From contig JARQWU010000066.1 of the NCBI GenBank assembly GCA_040182905.1, positions 1 to 41,474 of the forward strand: DNA of 41,474 bases, in the 5' to 3' direction. Every line of letters begins with the position of its first letter. The stretch's first letter is position 1. Source of the DNA: Barthelona sp. PAP020 (lineage: Eukaryota). The notes beneath the pieces were generated by a model that worked only from the letters and a program-made list of their open reading frames with translations, did no database searches and had not been told where the DNA came from. Shown one piece after another: positions 37,257 through 41,474 of this stretch. A program made the position numbers and the translations under genes.

Positions 37257-39098
37257 TCAAGCATATTTACCTTTTCCTTCTAAGAATTCATAATCAAATG
37301 TAAAATCATGAATCTTTTGAGGTCTCAAAAATTCTTCTCCCTCAGGATTCACGACTAAGTAATCCCCTTTCTCATAAGCATTAGTTGTCTCTGGATTACT
37401 GTCTCTTAAAAACCAAGCACTTTCTTCAGTATGATATCTCCAATGATTCTTTTTCAATCGGTTATTAGCAATGTGCTGCAAATGTGCTGATTCAAAAAAA
37501 CTCAGATAAAATAATAACTCAGGTGAAAACTTAGCTAATACTGAAGCATTTGGTGAAAGAACAAGAGAAGAAGGTATTTGAGGGTAGTATGAAGGTGTTG
37601 GCCACGGATTTTGAGGCACATATTTCATATAATGCAAATGCTCAAAAATTGTAACGCTTTCATTCAGGGTGGAATCAATTCTTGTCTTTAGATAGCGAAT
37701 GGGATCTTTCTTGAATTGTTCCTTGTGTAAAAGTTGCTTCTTTACATTCGAATTTGATTCTGGTTGAAAAGATGTTGAAATACATGAAGGAACTCTACTT
37801 GATGGTGAATGTACAGAAGTTGGTTCCTTAGAATATGGAGTTGGTTGTCCAGTTTGTATGGTCTCATTTTGATGTGCGCTATCCTCAACAACGATGAGAT
37901 TGTCATATTGTCTGAAATCAGAAGATTGATCCTTAACTGATCTTGTTGAAGGAACGATTATTGATGGTGGGGGTGCTATTGGAGGCTTTCTATCCTCTTT
38001 TCTATCAGTATTTGCATTTCGCAAAATAGCAGCCAAACTCTTAGATTCAACCCGGGGAGATGGAGAAAGCACCATAGTAGGAAGACGTTTAAAACCTAAA
38101 TTTCGACTAGATGTGGTTGATGTGACTTCTAACTCATTATTTGTGGTTTGTGTGGTATTGGTCACGTGACTCAAAGTACTGGACTTGGAAACAACGCTGT
38201 AACTATCATCAGTGGCAGTATCATCATTTGAAGTTAGCTTTTCACTCGTGCCACAAGACTCAACATCCGAAAAGTCGGAATCTTTTCCAAGTGATACATT
38301 CACTTCATAATGCTTAGAACCTTCTTGTAGATCATCATAAAAGTTGGTATCGATGAAAAAATCATCAGTGTTATAGAAATCAACATAGTACTCGAGTTGA
38401 GGTTGAACAATTTCAATGACTTCCTCGGGGTCTAATTGATCATTGAACACACTACGATACAATTCTTCAATTTTTTGCAAATGAAAACGATGTGACTCAA
38501 TATGTCCCTCAAAGGTAATGATAGATTCACTGATCTGTTGTTGGATTCTCTTTTTCTTTGTTTTACTTAAAGAAGCCATCAAATCATCTATTTCTGTTTC
38601 GGCATTTTCAATTAAGTCTTCCAAATCTCTTTTAATAGTTTGCAAATATTCCAAACATTGATCCTTTGGTTCAGAAATTTTTGATTTTCTCGCAGCTTGT
38701 TGTAATCCTTCTTTTGAATATGCTTTTGTCTTTGCCTCTTTTTCTAAACCTTTAAATCGTTCCATTCTCTCTTCAATTATCCTTCGTGAACGTTTCAAAG
38801 TATCTTTATCTCGATAATCTCCTTGTGATATCCATGATTTTATATTGTCTCTTAATCTTTGTAATTTTTTTGTTTCTATTATATTAGTGTAATTTAAATT
38901 TTAAAAATACCCTTTTTTATTTCACAATGTATCTTATCTTCTTGTAAAGCAGATCCTACTGTTTCTAATCTGTCCCATAACGTATCAATCAACGAAATAC
39001 CTTCTTCAACTTTGCGTAACGTTCGGTCTATGTCATCTATAACAGTTAGAATATATGTTAATATTAAAGATACTTTGTAATTTTCGCTTTTCACTCAT
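37257..39098 (-). CDS. CNOT3: CCR4-NOT subunit NOT3/CNOT3, three exons: 39098-39074, 39036-38911, 38875-37257 (589 aa)
   Basis: Splicing two GT-AG introns restores MSEKRKLQNDIDRTLRKVEEG...EIKKETKKLQRLRDNIKSW...MERFK..EKEAKTKAYSKEGL; NOT-box at C-terminus (PQNPWPTPSYYPQ, LKKNHWRYH, FTFDYEFLE). Total 1770 nt is a multiple of 3. Confidence 0.93.
38876..38910 (-). other. Spliceosomal intron 2 of CNOT3, 35 nt, phase 1
   Basis: GTATTTTTAAAATTTAAATTACACTAATATAATAG; removal joins EIKK-E-TKKLQRLRD in frame. Confidence 0.9.
39037..39073 (-). other. Spliceosomal intron 1 of CNOT3, 37 nt, phase 1
   Basis: GTATCTTTAATATTAACATATATTCTAACTGTTATAG; removal joins KRKLQ-N-DIDR in frame. Confidence 0.9.
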
Positions 39099-39293
39099 AT
39101 TATTAACAAACACATCAAAAAAAAAATTTTCTTCATTCAATTCTTCAAATCGTCTGAATAAAACTTTGAAGTGTATAATTTCTCTTTTACAAAATATAAT
39201 GTTTGATCAAAATAAAAATGACTTTTAAATATTTATTCAAAAAAAAATGGAATTATTGAATGTTCAATGCCAATCAAAGAACTAACAGTAAAA

Positions 39294-40409
39294 TCAATCA
39301 TCATCACTAATCAAGCCTAATTTCCTTTCAAATTCATAAATTTCAGAATGCATCTCATCAATTTCTTGATTGATCAATTCTTCTTTATTTGCTGCCTTCT
39401 TTAATTCTTTGTTTTTTAAGAAATGGTATTGTTGTAACTTATATTTTGGTTCTGTGTATTTTAAAGGTGGATTCATTAATAATTCAGCGGCGCTTTTATT
39501 CTTAGGCTTTATCCTTAATTTCTTGGACCTAGCAACCAATCGTTTGCTGTAGTCCAAAGTTTCCAAAGTCACTGGCTTTGACAAAGCAGAAATGAACAAT
39601 TCCCAATCCATTTGCTGTTGATAATTCCGAGTCATAATATCAGTATCAATGAAGGAAGTGTCTAAACCAATAGTTTCCTCAAGAAAATTATTCAAATGTT
39701 CATTATTCAATTTACACAGAACATTTGGAGGTAAATATGTAGAAAATGTGTCTCTAATTGTTGGCTCCATGGAACCAACACACTTTACAGGAACTCCAGA
39801 TACAGGCCCTTGAATTCTTGAAACTGGTCTTTTTTTTTCAATCAATGAGGTAAATCCCTCAACAACACCACATGATGAATGTGAACACATCATATTCTTG
39901 GCAGATTTTGGCACATGGAATTGGGTATGTGAAAGGGAAGAATCAACATTCACATGAGGATCTTCATAGCCACATAATTTCTGCAAATTCTTTCGTTGCC
40001 TCTTCTTATTTGATAAATCTAACAGTCTTTCCTGACGAAACAAAATATTTTTCTCCAAATTTGCAATCTCTTTTTCTCTTTCCACTTCTAACTTTTGTAA
40101 AACAGTAAATACAGCAAATTCAGTCAAATTTTCAGATGATTCTTCTTGTATATGATCCCAAATAGCCGGTGGTATTGGTGTAACATTGGTTGCAATTTTT
40201 CTAAAATGATCAGGTCCTTTAACAAGAACAGATTCCCCCAAATCATTTTCAATTGGAATTAAATTCAATTTTATTCCTTGACTATATGGTGTTTTTGCTG
40301 TGTTTTCAAGTTGAACTCTCTTTTGTTTTTGAGATTGTAATAGTTTCCTTTGTTCATCATGAAACAGTTTTCTTTTATTCACATAATTAATATCTGGATT
40401 ATTTAACAT
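39294..40409 (-). CDS. Hypothetical coiled-coil, basic protein
   Basis: Long open frame; likely start at ATG 40409 (MLNNPDI) because the upstream extension runs through homopolymer tracts. No family recognised. Confidence 0.7.
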   Translation of the reverse strand: MLNNPDINYVNKRKLFHDEQRKLLQSQKQKRVQLENTAKTPYSQGIKLNLIPIENDLGESVLVKGPDHFRKIATNVTPIPPAIWDHIQEESSENLTEFAVFTVLQKLEVEREKEIANLEKNILFRQERLLDLSNKKRQRKNLQKLCGYEDPHVNVDSSLSHTQFHVPKSAKNMMCSHSSCGVVEGFTSLIEKKRPVSRIQGPVSGVPVKCVGSMEPTIRDTFSTYLPPNVLCKLNNEHLNNFLEETIGLDTSFIDTDIMTRNYQQQMDWELFISALSKPVTLETLDYSKRLVARSKKLRIKPKNKSAAELLMNPPLKYTEPKYKLQQYHFLKNKELKKAANKEELINQEIDEMHSEIYEFERKLGLISDDD

Positions 40410-41146
40410 AATATTATCTGATAAATCATTCGCTATATACAAAAAAAAAATTAAATTTGAAATTTTTTTTTTTTCACCATTCATTTATGGAAAATATATT
40501 GGTAATGAATAACATATATTCAATATAAATTGATTTGTTGAACATATAAAGATATAAATATATAGTGCTTCTTTTAAAAAAAATATTTTTTGGAAAAATG
40601 CGTTTAAACTTTCATTTTCAATGTTTTTGAATTAAATTTAATACTGGTGTTTTTATTTAAAATTAAAAAAGAATATTTAAATGATTTTTATTAGATATTT
40701 ATGAGGTATGAATTGTTCAGTGAACAACGAAACGAGTTAGCTTAAGGTTTGGGAAAAACTCACGTGGATTCAGATGCCCAAGTAACTTAAAACAAATTGG
40801 ACCTAAATGTGGTTAAGAAACAACAAATAACGGAAGTGATATTTAATAACCTCTTTATAACTCTAATAAATTCCATTTATTAAAATATGAACTTCCACAT
40901 TAATTCGTTCATTTTGAAACGAATTTTATTTGAAAATTGGAACAATAAGTCAATTCAATTTATTTTCCTTAAAAAATTAAATATTTTAAATAATTTTAAA
41001 TAAAATTAATTTATAATATTAATAGCTAAACAACAGAAATATTAAAGAACCTAATATACATTCTTTTCATTTAGAATTTAGAATTTTTATTCAAATAAAT
41101 ACTCAAACTTGTAAACTCTAATTTTTTAATCTTGAAATCAATAGTT

Positions 41147-41217
41147 GGTCTTATGGTCTAGGGGTAGGACAGCGGACTTTGAATCCGCTAGCCCCGGTTC
41201 GATTCCGGGTAAGACCA
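41147..41217 (+). tRNA. tRNA-Gln (anticodon TTG at 41179-41181), intronless
   Basis: Cloverleaf: acceptor GGTCTTA/TAAGACC, D stem GTCT/GGAC, anticodon stem GCGGA/TCCGC with loop CTTTGAA, T stem CCCGG/CCGGG with loop TTCGATT, discriminator A; TTTT follows at 41220-41223. Confidence 0.96.
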
Positions 41218-41474
41218 TGTTTTGAATTCTAAAATATTATCCAGAGGATCGAGTCTCAGATATTTAACGTTAGACTAAAGGGCAAAATAAATAAACATCT
41301 AATAATTTCAACAATAAATTCTGAACAGTTTATATCCAACTCTTAGGTGTGGGGGGTGGTGGTTGAGATGTTAGCAGCGTGATCTTTCTTTCCCTCTTAT
41401 ATTAAATAACATAAAAAAAAAAAAAAATAAATTTTGCGAAACCGGACTATCACAACAACAAATTAAATGTAAAT

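Noticed and set aside
38894..39094. 66-aa ORF as a separate gene
   Set aside because: It is exon 2 of CNOT3 read through flanking intron sequence.
1109..40484. Alternative genetic code or stop-codon readthrough
   Set aside because: Conserved genes end at expected positions with TAA, TAG or TGA, with no in-frame stops in conserved domains; the tRNA-Gln has an ordinary TTG anticodon.

Overview
AT-rich, very gene-dense eukaryotic DNA read with the standard code (TAA, TAG and TGA all end genes). The IFT25, IFT27, CFAP221 and POC5 homologues point to a flagellated protist; I cannot name the taxon from sequence alone. About 27 protein-coding genes and one tRNA-Gln(UUG) are packed with intergenic gaps of roughly 35-650 bp. 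Recognisable by remembered family motifs (no database search run): FHIP2/FAM160B, a 4-EF-hand calmodulin-like protein, ALDH3-family dehydrogenase, CFAP221, RECQL4-like helicase, an alpha2delta/CACHD1-like dCache-VWA membrane protein, TAF6, a Prp6-like HAT/TPR protein, ARP6, GID4, VMA21, VPS68/TMEM50, IFT25, IFT27, SMPD4, POC5, a Q/P-repeat PH protein and CNOT3/NOT3. Most notable: (1) IFT25 and IFT27, two subunits of one heterodimer, sit head-to-head with only 51 bp between start codons; (2) the left edge holds a tyrosine-recombinase-like remnant bracketed by a 16-bp exact direct repeat and lying between two ~141-bp, ~86%-identical direct repeats; (3) NOT3 carries the only introns I could find, two tiny ones of 37 and 35 nt; (4) a compact dCache-VWA receptor keeps an almost intact amino-acid-sensing motif; (5) an orphan 7-TM protein. 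Many start codons were moved from the ORF track's TTG/GTG to the first plausible ATG.
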